A DNA stretch of 64,000 bases from Octopus sinensis (Eukaryota): positions 18,724,001-18,788,000 of the forward strand of contig NC_043009.1 of the NCBI RefSeq assembly GCF_006345805.1, read 5' to 3'. Every line of letters starts with the position of its first letter. Position 1 is the stretch's first letter. Made by a program: the position numbers and the translations under genes. This document shows, in pieces, positions 27,880 to 38,226 of the stretch. The notes under the pieces are model-generated. The model had not been told where the DNA came from. It saw only the letters and a program-made list of their open reading frames with translations, and searched no databases.

Positions 27880-28500
27880 ACAACAAAGGAAGTGCTATCA
27901 TGGGTTCTGAAGACAGAGAAAAAGGTAACTGGCTTACGGAAGACCATCAGCAATGTGATGATGCAAACGAGCAAATCTCTATAGTCTCACCAACAAAAAG
28001 TGAAGTAGAAGATAGAAGTGATATTCGGAGATAGCAAAAAGAGAACGCTCGGTTGCAAAGTGATCACATTCAAACAGGTGCTGAAAGCTGTTATTGAGAA
28101 CTCCGACATCAGAGGATAGTAACCGAAAGAAAAACAATAAACAGAAACTTTAACGAGAACCAAGTAGCAGTGGACGGAGACATGAGAGCAGAAGCAGTGA
28201 ACATCATAGGAGCTCCTTCGCGAGAAGGCAAACTCTCCTGGAGGAATATCTGGAAGGAAGATGAGGTTAATTGAGACTCTGTGGCTGGAAGTAATTCGAA
28301 GTACCTGCATTACACTCAAGATATACAACAACCATGATGATGCTCTTGTGACTGTAACTGAAAAACTTCAGGATGAAAAACCACCAGGAGAGTTGATTGT
28401 CAGATACTGGTACAAGAAGCTAACCATCAATCGATCAGATCTTATCAACCTGTTCCACTAAGCTCTCAATGGGAACAATAACACAGATCTGGCAGAGACA
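27880..28500 (+). mobile_element. R4/Dong-clade fragment upstream of the RT core
   Basis: KENARLQSDH.F, WRNIWKEDE, KPPGELIVRYWYKKLT (WKAPGxD...YWYKKL motif). Confidence 0.65.
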
Positions 28501-28504
28501 AGGC

Positions 28505-28895
28505 TCTCATTGAGAGCAGCATGGCGGAGAAGGCGGTTAGCACTATAAGGACACGAAAGCGGGTAGAGGCCGAAAGAATCCACAGTGGACCCACAGTAGC
28601 ATTTGTGAGGTTCACAGATCCGGAGGTGAAGCCTTAGGAAAACACCGATGCGCAAACAGTCGTGATCCAGCTGATTGTCAGTCGAGAGTGATGGCACTGC
28701 ATTGAGCCAGGCACCGCTGTGGTTCTGGGAGACCGGGCGGAAACATAGCAGACGGTGCTGGTCACGACAGTGCACTAACCCATCCGAGATCATGCTGCAC
28801 TGGATGGCATCCCATTTGTTTTGCGGGGACCAGATTTCACAAAGGGGAGAGAAGGATAGACGTCCGCGGGGTGGAAATGAAGCTGGTTTCATGTC
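28505..28895 (-). mobile_element. Second CRE-clade fragment, inverted
   Basis: ORF 28458-28892: HSGAWLNAVPS...LRIGVFLRLHLRICEPHKCYCGSTVDSFGLYPLSC..SANRLLRHAALNE; paralogous to 27000-27180. Confidence 0.75.
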
Positions 28896-28914
28896 GTGTA
28901 GGCCGCTGGAATTT

Positions 28915-29430
28915 GGTCAGAATAAATGTTTCTATACGTTTGCGAAATTAGTAATAGCTGTAAACCAGATTAGTAGCATCACCATCAATGACTTAACTGT
29001 TTCGGCTATATCTGGTGAGGAATGTTACAGGCCCCCTGAGGTAGATGAAAACATATCTTACGATGGTACATGTAACAAGGAAACTCACCACTGGTTAAGA
29101 AAAATATGGATCTCGCAACTCTGCATTCAATAAAATAGTGACTCATAGTATTTGTAATAGCAGTAGTCATATCATCATTTGGCCTACTGGGTTGAACTCG
29201 TGATGAGATCTTAGTCATTGATGTGAAAACCCAGAAAATACTGACCAATAGATATGAACTACAAGATATAGAAGCTAATATACTGCATAACATTCCCCAG
29301 TTACAAAGAGAATTATATTGGCGAACCCAACTATTCTTTTTGACTATGTACAAGAACCTACAGACAACACATCATGCAAAAAGAATTACGTCAGGTTCCG
29401 GTGAGCAAGGATCTGGAAATATGCGGAAAT
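28915..29430 (+). mobile_element. R4/Dong-clade fragment after the RT core
   Basis: DENISYDGTCNKE (paralogous to DENVSSDGSINTK at about 26750), RDEILVIDVKTQKILT. Confidence 0.6.
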
Positions 29431-30379
29431 AGCAGACTCAAGACTTATCCTTTCTAAAAATGCCCAAGGGATGAGCCAAAGTATCGGAAGGCAACGGAAT
29501 TATATTTTATAAAAGAAATTTTTACCAGAACTAAATGTATAAAAAATACTTTTAAAACTATATGAGAAATGCTTATGAAAAAGTTACTTTCCTAGATGAA
29601 CCAAACCAGATTACCACTGGTATTAATATTAATAACGTTTTTATTACTGTTACTAAAATAACTGGAGATATTCACTTAAGCAACCATCACACAACACCCA
29701 CACAGTCTCTCACACACATACGCTTAAACACACCACACATACATTTAAAAACCTTTCTATTTTATAGTTGGGAAACATGACAACTTATCAAACATACTAT
29801 GAATCACACAATGGCTAAAAGAATTTCTTTGTAATTGATAAAAAATTTGACTTTTGACCAGCCATCAATTTCAACCATCCCAGAAAAACACTCCTTTCCT
29901 TCTTTCTTTCTTCTTGTATTACTTTTACTTTTTCTCCAAGCCACCCAAAAATTCATCGCACATACAGGAAGATACATATACAAACATATACACACACATA
30001 TATAAATCCAAAATAAGAAAGAACATCTCAACCACTCCTAAAAATATCCTCTTCCCAAAATTCAAGAAAGGAAATTCAACACCAGATTTTTCTCAACATA
30101 CATATAAAAGATACGAAATTTTATTAAAAAATTATTCATAATGAATCCCACAAAATTATTATCCAAATACTGAGTACCTCCTTTTACTATATATATATAT
30201 ATATATGTATATTCAAAATAAGCAACAAGGATATCCAGAGGTAATCCTTGTTGCTTATTTTGATTATAATCACCCCATTTGGAATTATATGGATAATACC
30301 ATACTAAATTCTGGTGCCTTTAACTTAAGTACCTTATTCAACTGAATCTAAATTTTTACTTGAACTTATATATATATAT

Positions 30380-31271
30380 TGTTATGAAGGTCAATTTAAG
30401 GACAGTGGTTGCGACCTACTTTTGGAATAAATCCATTGTCCTGTCAGATTCAGGTGGATTGATTAGTTCTGGGGAGACCTGCGACCCTTTTCAGGTGAAA
30501 GAAAGTTCGAGGAAACCCCTTAAAAAGCAGGGAGATGTGAGTCGAGGACAGTCGAGGACAGAGCAAGTGAGTAACAGGTTGTTTCTGCTGTGACAGAGGA
30601 AGACAAGCAGAGAAGATTAAGGAACTGAGAGAGATTGCGGCGAGAGGGCTTGGCGATTACAGTAGTAGTTTTCTGAAATTGTTGTAGACGGAAAGGAACG
30701 TCCGGTTAAGTCTTGTTTGTGTCTTTTGGTTGTTGTATTTTGATGTGTTGAATCGATGTGAAAAAAAGAAGGAAAGAGTAAAAAGAAAGAACAGTGCTAA
30801 AGACTGGAAAAGAAATGAGATTGTAAAGACATTGTGAATTAAGGAAAAAGAGTTGTTGAAATGTAAAAGAAGGGAGAAAAAGAGAAGGACTTTAATGTGA
30901 TTTGAACATTGAACTGTATCGTTGTTTTGATTTGTATCGTGAACATTATTTGTTTCATTCGACGTGTACTGTTTAAATGCTTTGATTTGTTGTTTCTTGC
31001 ATGTATTTTCTTTGATTTCTTTGATGTTGTAATAATTGTATAAACTGTTGTTAAATGTAGCCAATTGCCTTCCGCCGTCTCTCTCTGTATCTCTTCCTGT
31101 TTGTTGTTGTTGTTATCTCTGGTCGCCGGTCCTGCCGGGTTCGCTGCCATCCCCACCGAGTCCTCTCTGTGTGGCGAATTCTCCGTTCGACTGAGCCTGG
31201 TCAATCGTCGTCGCTCGATTTGGTAGGGTCCCGGGTTTCCGAAGAGTTTGAGCGACGGCAGGTTCGTAACA
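30380..31271. mobile_element. Solo-LTR-like element, TG...CA, 4-bp TSD ATAT
   Basis: Starts TGTTATG at 30380, ends CGTAACA at 31271; ATAT on both sides (30376-30379, 31272-31275) inside a TA tract; GC-richer ends. Confidence 0.6.
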
Positions 31272-31300
31272 ATATATATATATATATATAAACTTCCCTG

Positions 31301-31346
<46 letters not shown>

Positions 31347-31523
31347 ATATATATTATCAATGTAGGATGAATTTTTTTTCATAAAATAATTTCATCAAAA
31401 ACTGGCACCATATTAAAAAACCTTTAAAAGAAAAATTATTCCCATGCCAATATATTATCAGCATATTGGCATGGAACTAATTTTTCTTTTGCCCTTGTTT
31501 ATAAGTTGTTTATAAAGATCGAT

Positions 31524-31577
<54 letters not shown>

Positions 31578-31589
31578 TTTCTCTCTTTT

Positions 31590-31801
31590 TTACTTGTTTC
31601 AGTCATTTTGACTGCGGCCATGCTGGAGCACTGCCTTTAATCGAGCAACTCGACCCCGGGACTTATTCTTTGTAAGCCCAGTACTTATTCTATCGGTCTC
31701 TTTTGCCGAACCGCTAAGTGACGGGGACATTAACACACCAGCATCGGTTGTCAAGCAATGCTAGGGGGACAAACACAGACACACAAACATACACGCACAC
31801 G

Positions 31802-31861
<60 letters not shown>

Positions 31862-32053
31862 ACACACACACACATATATATATACATATATACGACGGGC
31901 TTCTTTCAGTTTCTGTCTACCAAATCCACTCACAAGGCTTTAGTCGGCCCGAGGCTATAGTAGAAGACACTTGCCCAAGGTGCCACGCAGTGGGACTGAA
32001 CCGGAACCATGTGGTTGGTAAACAAGCTACTTCCACGCAGCCACTCCTGCGCC
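31590..32053 (-). mobile_element. SINE family A, full length with expanded internal (CA)n/(TA)n
   Basis: Reverse complement of 2937-3305 including A/B boxes. Confidence 0.9.
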
Positions 32054-32065
32054 TATATATATATA

Positions 32066-32459
32066 CTAGCAGTATCGCCCGGCGTTGCTCGGGTTTGTAA
32101 GGGAAATAATTATATAAGCATTTTTAGAGATGTAAAGTATAATAGCCATCTCAATATGGCTAACCACAAAGGGGGAGGGGTGTTACTGTAGCATTTTACG
32201 TTCTGAGATTTAATAATAAATTTTAGAGAGTTACTTCCCTTATATATGTCAAAAATGGATTAACAATGGGAAAAATTGATGGTAAATTTTTTTTAAATCA
32301 TAGACTCATCGTAGACGCGCGCTAATACCCAGACGGTCTCGATATGAATCACGACTATAAGATACCCGGTTTTGGTTAAACTGCACCGCAAAATGTGGGA
32401 GTAGTTAGGAATCTAAATCGTAGGAGACAGACACACAACCTCACTTTTATATATAAAGA
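32066..32459 (-). mobile_element. Non-autonomous Helitron, complete
   Basis: Minus strand A|TCTTTATATATAAAAG...GTGTCTGTCT...ACAAACCCGAGCAACGCCGGGCGATACTGCTAG|T: 5' TC, subterminal hairpin, 3' CTAG, AT target, no TSD. Confidence 0.85.
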
Positions 32460-32522
32460 TTTCCTCTATTTACATAATATTGAGGTCTCTTTCTTTCTTT
32501 TGTTATCTTACTGTTTTTACCA

Positions 32523-32559
<37 letters not shown>

Positions 32560-32631
32560 TATATATAGTTACAGAGATGTACTTGCATAGCAAGTGACTT
32601 GATCTGAGATCGTGTGCTGGAATGAAAACAG

Positions 32632-32890
32632 TTGCAGCGTTGAAGGTGTTTATAAGCCATTTAAGAAACACACAAAAACCGTTAGATTCACTTCAACATT
32701 TAAATTTAATTTGTCAAAATATTTTCGTCGCTTTGAGACCGCGACCTGTTAGCACGATATTTTTGTCAGTGAACAGGTCGCGGTCTCAAAGCGACGAAAA
32801 TATTTTGGCAAATTAAATTTAAATGTTGAAGTGAATGTAACGGTTTTTGTGTGTTTCTTAAATGGCTTACAAACACCTTCCACGCTGCAA
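32632..32890. repeat. 119-bp fold-back palindrome with a 21-nt spacer
   Basis: Arms 32632-32750 and 32772-32890, 4 mismatches counted by eye. Confidence 0.95.
32762..32812 (+). ncRNA. Non-canonical type I hammerhead ribozyme motif (G3:C8 swap)
   Basis: TTTGTCA-GTGAACA-G-GTCGC-GGTCTCAAA-GCGAC-GAAA-ATATT-T-TGGCAAA: 7-bp stem I, 5-bp stem II, palindromic AAAATATTTT stem III. Confidence 0.65.
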
Positions 32891-32944
32891 TATATATATA
32901 CACACATATATATATATGTATGTATGTATGTATGTGTGTATATG

Positions 32945-33190
32945 TGTATGCATGTATGTGTGTGTGTGTGCGTGTCTGTGCTTGTGATTGTCCTCCACCA
33001 CTGCTTGACAACGAATGTTGGTTTGTTTACATCCCTGTCACTTAGTGGTTTGACAAAGGAAACAGATAGAATAAGTACAATGCTTACAAAAATAAAACTG
33101 GAGTTGATTCATTAAACTACAATTCTTCAAGGCATTGCCCCAGCATGGCCACAGACCAATGGCTGGAAAAAGCAGAAGAATAAAAGAATA
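32945..33190 (+). mobile_element. SINE family A, 3' half
   Basis: CCACTGCTTGACAACG...GATAGAATAAGTAC...CCCCAGCATGGCCACAG. Confidence 0.7.
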
Positions 33191-33255
33191 CATTCTCTGC
33201 TTTGGTCTTATGTTCAAGGCATGAGAAAGCTTGAGTTTACATGAGAAGGCCTAAC

Positions 33256-33517
33256 AGACCTGATAGAAACAGCAGCCAAATCTCCCTCAAATCACACCTT
33301 ACTGTCTTATGTATGTATATATATATGAGCCAATGAGGGGAACCTCTACATGGTAGCTAGACCTGGTAGAAATAGCAGCCAAATATCCCCCAAATCACAC
33401 CTTACTGTCTTATCTATGTATATATGTATGAGCCTATGAGGGAGACCCCTACATGGCAGCTAGACATGGTAGAAATAGCAGCCAAATCTCCCTCAAATCA
33501 CACCTTACTGTCTTATC
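33256..33517. repeat. Tandem repeat, 103-bp period, about 2.5 copies
   Basis: AGACCTG(G/A)TAGAAA(C/T)AGCAGCCAAATCTCCCTCAAATCACACCTTACTGTCTTAT starts at 33256, 33359 and 33462. Confidence 0.9.
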
Positions 33518-33581
33518 TTTCTGCTACTTGGATATAGGTCTTATATTCATCGTAAAAAACTTTCCTGTCACACACTCACGC

Positions 33582-33619
<38 letters not shown>

Positions 33620-34030
33620 CCTCACACATACACACACGCGCACACACACACACACTGACACACACGCACGTTAGCTTACAATTTTATTTATATATTTGCG
33701 TGTGTATGTGTGGAAAGAGGAAGTGGGAGGCAGAGTGAAAGAATCACTCACTACAGTAAGTGAATTAGTTTCATTTTATTCGTTGCCCACTGTGTGTGTG
33801 CGTTTGCGTGTGGTGTAAACCAGACTAAGAAAAGCATTTGACACACACACCAGAATGTGAGTTTTCTGTAAATTTTGCTTAATTGGAGTTTAAATTTTGA
33901 AAACTGGACCTGGCATGACCCGATGCATTGTACTCTTAAAAATGGTAGGTAAATTGTAATTGAAGAAATGCTATATTGTAGATTTGTATAACTCCCAAAG
34001 GGAGGCAGATAAAATCTGCCTTTTATAATA

Positions 34031-34081
<51 letters not shown>

Positions 34082-34087
<6 letters not shown>

Positions 34088-34135
34088 TCCCTGGAAATGG
34101 ATGAGTGGCGTTCAAACAAATAATAATGATAGGAG

Positions 34136-34170
<35 letters not shown>

Positions 34171-34193
34171 ATATATATATATAATTGTGTGTG

Positions 34194-34267
<74 letters not shown>

Positions 34268-35405
34268 TGTATGTATGTATGTATATACGCATGTATGGAT
34301 ACAGGACGTCACAAACAGTAAACAACATGAAATACAAAAACAAATGAATTGAAAACGCAAACAACGAGAGAAACAAATGGAAAAAAGGACAAGTAACATA
34401 AAGAACAACCCTGTCTACTCCCCATTTCGAGCAGTGAACGACAATATGAGTCTTCGAAGGTTCCCACAGATACCAAAATAAAATTTGGGATTTAGGGCGG
34501 GTCAAAGCTGGAAACAAAAACAGGACAGTGGAGACATACAAAGAAACCGGACGAAAGCAAACATGGAGGGTCGTTAGACCAGAACGAGGGTAAAATAGCG
34601 AACGCTGGAGAAATATTTTCTTTGACAAGAGAAAAGATAGAAGAGAGTAATAGATAGGATACGTCAAATAATTTTTTTCGTATTTCATGTTGTTTACTGT
34701 TTGTGACGTCCTGTACCCATATATGCGTGTGTATATATATATATATATATATATGCATATATATTATTTATATTTGATTGAACACCACGCATCCATTTCC
34801 AAGTAAGTTTATCTTAATCTTTTTGATGCGACTCTACCCTATACTGTTCTCTCCCCCTATCGTTTTCTCTCTCATCCTTTCTCTAATTCCTTTTTCTCCT
34901 CTTCACCGTTTTCTATCTGTCTCTCTCTCTCCCTCTTTCTCCTTTACTCTCTCTCATTGCTCACACGTGACCATCGTCCATATCTCTTTTCCTCACGTGA
35001 TCATCTTTTTGTTCCTTTCAGAGCTGTCCTAGAAGCTGGTTGTATCCTATCTTTCTCTCTCTTCTGTCTTTTCTCTTGTCATAAAAATTATTTCTCCAGC
35101 GTTCGCTATCTTACTCTCGTTCTAACGGCACTCCATGTTTGTTTTCGTTCGGTTTCCTTGTTCATCTCCAATGTACTGTTTTTGTTCCCAACTTTGACCG
35201 TCCATAAATCCCAAGTTTTATTTAGGTATTTGTGGGAGCAACTGCCTTCAATGCTTCAAATGAGGAGTAGATAGGCAGCCGACAACTGATGAAGGGTAGT
35301 TACTTGTCCGGTTTTCAATTTGTTTCTCTCGTTGTTTGCGTATTCAGCTCATTTGTTTTCGTATTCCATGTTGTTTACTGTTTGTGACGTCCTATACCCA
35401 TATAT
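34082..35405. repeat. Inverted plus partial tandem arrangement of one dispersed repeat (PLE-type)
   Basis: 34290-34660 is the reverse complement of 35040-35405; 34680-34810 repeats the terminal segment GTTTACTGTTTGTGACGTCCTGTACCC...CACGCATCCATTTCCAAGTAAGTTT. Confidence 0.8.
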
Positions 35406-35408
35406 GTA

Positions 35409-35469
<61 letters not shown>

Positions 35470-35486
<17 letters not shown>

Positions 35487-35852
35487 GGCAGTTTGTCTGT
35501 GCGTGTTTCTGTGTGTCTGTTTTCTCGTACCCTCACCCTCACCACGGCTTTCAACCGATTCTGATGAAACTTGACACACACATAGCCCAATGTCATAATT
35601 CAAAACTAACGCACCGAAAATTTTGAAAAGTTCCCCCAGTTCTGAAAAAAATCGATAAATTCGACATGGGGTCGAGAATCACAAACACAAACCACAAACT
35701 GTCTAGGAGACGCAACTCCACCTTTTTTAACTTAAAAAAAAAATTACCATCATTTTTTTCCATTTTTTTGCTATTTTTTGGCTATAACTCTCTAAAAATG
35801 CTTTATAGTTATTTCCCTTACAAACCTGAGCAACGCTGGGCGATACTGCTAG
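35470..35852 (+). mobile_element. Non-autonomous Helitron, second subfamily
   Basis: GTTTGTCTGT seed, CAACCGATTCTGATGAAACTT, 3' ACAAACCTGAGCAACGCTGGGCGATACTGCTAG|T (CTAG 35849-35852); 5' TC obscured by (TA)n. Confidence 0.8.
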
Positions 35853-36119
35853 TATATATATATATGACTAACAAAGCTGTATAAGTGTCAATTCATTACG
35901 GCCAATTCGAGCGATTCCTTTAATTGATCAATGAAAGCATTAAATCGTTACAAAGAAAACCGTTCTTATCAGATGAGTGCATACAATCGAACATAAAGGA
36001 CAAGTTAGACATTTAAACATATTTATATCATCAACAGAGAGCAAATATTTACAATGATTCCACTGCTAAATTTTTAGCATTATATACGGGCGCGCGCGCA
36101 CGCACACACACATATATAT

Positions 36120-36173
36120 ATATATACAAAATGGGACAAGAAGAGCAAGCAGGCTTGGCTGATCGGTCACGTG

Positions 36174-36210
<37 letters not shown>

Positions 36211-36857
36211 AGAAGCAGAGGAACAAAAGAATTAAGGAGAGGCGAGAAGAAATGACAGGGACACAGTGAAGTGAAAAGTGGAGGGAAAGTGAGTAAGAAG
36301 AGAAGGCAAAGAAATGTGAGAGAGGGGGAACGAAAGAACGAAGAATGGAATGAGCGAATAAGCGTGAAAAAGATTTTAATTTTTCTGTCCCTCTGCTTCT
36401 ATTTCTCTCTCTCTTCTCTTCCCACGTGACCGATCGTCCAAGCCTGCTTCCTCTTTCTTTCTTGGTCTGACCGTGGTCCGTGCAACATTGATATTCTTCC
36501 CTGTGTTTGTGAAATATTTGTATCTCTACCGTTAGGCTTCATTTCCTCACGCGCCAGCCTAATTCAATTCGTCCTTAGTCGAAAGACACCTGTTGTTATG
36601 TCCTGTTATTATTTTTATTGTATTTATATTTGTGTTACATTGCCCGTTTTTTTCCGTCCTTGTTTTTCTTCCAAGGAATCTAATGCTCTTAACTTAGTTT
36701 TTCCTTGGGGCTAGCCAGACGGGAGCAATCTCAAGAATAATCAGCCGAAATTGCAAGGATAATCTGGTGTTTGACTGAAGAAAGAAAACTTCGAATGACC
36801 CGTCCTTGTTTTCTTTGTATCGTTTATCCGGATGTTTTGCGTTCTTATCCCATTTTG

Positions 36858-36860
<3 letters not shown>
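36120..36860. repeat. PLE-type repeat (36400-36860, +) preceded by an internally deleted inverted copy (36120-36190)
   Basis: TACAAAATGGGACAAGAA matches the end at about 36845 inverted; AAGCAGGCTTGG..GATCGGTCACGTGGGAAGAGAG matches 36410-36450 inverted. Confidence 0.65.
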
Positions 36861-37115
<255 letters not shown>

Positions 37116-37180
37116 GGCGTACGTACACTTTGTTCTCTCTCTCTCTCTCTCTCTTTATATATATATATTATATATGTGAA

Positions 37181-37492
37181 GGCGCATGGCTCAGTGGTTA
37201 GAGCGTCGAGCTTACGATCGTGAGGTTGAGTTCGAATCCCGGACCGGGCTGCGTGTTGTGTTCTTGAGCAAGACACTTTATTTCACGTTGCTCCAGTTCA
37301 CTGAATTGTAGAAATAAGTTGCGACGTCACAGGTGCCAAGCTGTATCGGCCCCTTTGCCTTTCCCTTGGATGACATCGGTAGCGTGGAGAGGGGAGGCCG
37401 GTATTCATGGGTGACTGCTGGTCTTCCATAAACAACCTTGCCCGGACTTGTGCCTCGGAGGGTAACTTTCTAGGTGCAATCCCATGGTCAGC
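37181..37492 (+). mobile_element. tRNA-derived SINE, family C
   Basis: GGCGCATGGCTCAGTGGTTAGAGCG (A box) ... GAGTTCGAATCCC (B box) followed by about 250 bp of non-tRNA body. Confidence 0.8.
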
Positions 37493-37516
37493 AACATATA
37501 TATACAAATATATAAA

Positions 37517-37558
<42 letters not shown>

Positions 37559-37585
37559 CTTTATTTTAAGCAGCAGAAAATTCAA

Positions 37586-37636
37586 CAAAATCTGTTACTC
37601 TGAGTTTCTCGTTGCCGTTCATCAGACAGTTTTTGC
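37586..37636 (-). ncRNA. Minimal hammerhead motif in the inverted pLTR
   Basis: Minus strand ACTGT-CTGATGA-ACG-GCAA-CGA-GAAA-CTC-A-GAG-TA-ACAG. Confidence 0.7.
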
Positions 37637-38226
37637 TAGAATGGAACTGATATATCAATTCAATCTATACTCTTACAAACGCTACACCTTTAAAAAGAAA
37701 TGGACTTGTTTGATTGGCCCTTTAGAAAAAACGGTCAATCTTCGAGCGATAAACAAAAAGGTCAAAAATATATGTATATATATATAAAAAACTTATAAAA
37801 ATTATAAAATCCGAGGAAAAACCTATTGACGTTAATGAAGACAGTGCAAATAATGCATAGAATTAAACCTGTTATAAATACTGCAATACATACTTATATT
37901 AAAATCTACATATATATATATCAACATACACAAAAGGATGCGCGTAAACGCCATACATACATATACAGACGTATGAATATAAATCTAAATATACACATAA
38001 AAGCATGTGTACATATATTCACGCAAACCGTCTCGCACGCAAGCTAAAATTCATCTATGTAGCAATTCTCATATACTGAGCAAGGAGGGGGAACGAAAGA
38101 AAGGGAGAGAGAGAAAAAGGAACGTAAGCCCAAACCTTTCCATTGGGCTTACGGAAAGGTTTAAATCTATCCGATCTTGCATTAAAATTTACGTCTAAAA
38201 AATCTACACTATTCAGGTTAGCATCT

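Noticed and set aside
29560-30130. Possible PLE RT relic (VTFLD, KYPLPKI)
   Set aside because: Only two short motifs in very AT-rich sequence; not collinear enough to call
30839-31360. 173-aa minus-strand ORF
   Set aside because: Starts in a (TA)n tract and crosses the LTR-like element boundary and low-complexity DNA
33256-33517. CRISPR-like repeat-spacer pattern
   Set aside because: Eukaryotic context, the intervening segments are homologous to each other, no cas genes
35286-35300. CTGATGA/CTGAAGA-AGGG motifs at 35286 and 57724 as ribozyme cores
   Set aside because: No downstream stem II + GAAA; they lie 3' of the relic cleavage sites and do not fit a type II or III permutation
37181-37255. 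Possible tRNA gene
   Set aside because: A and B boxes are present but the acceptor stem does not close and the sequence runs into a 250-bp SINE body
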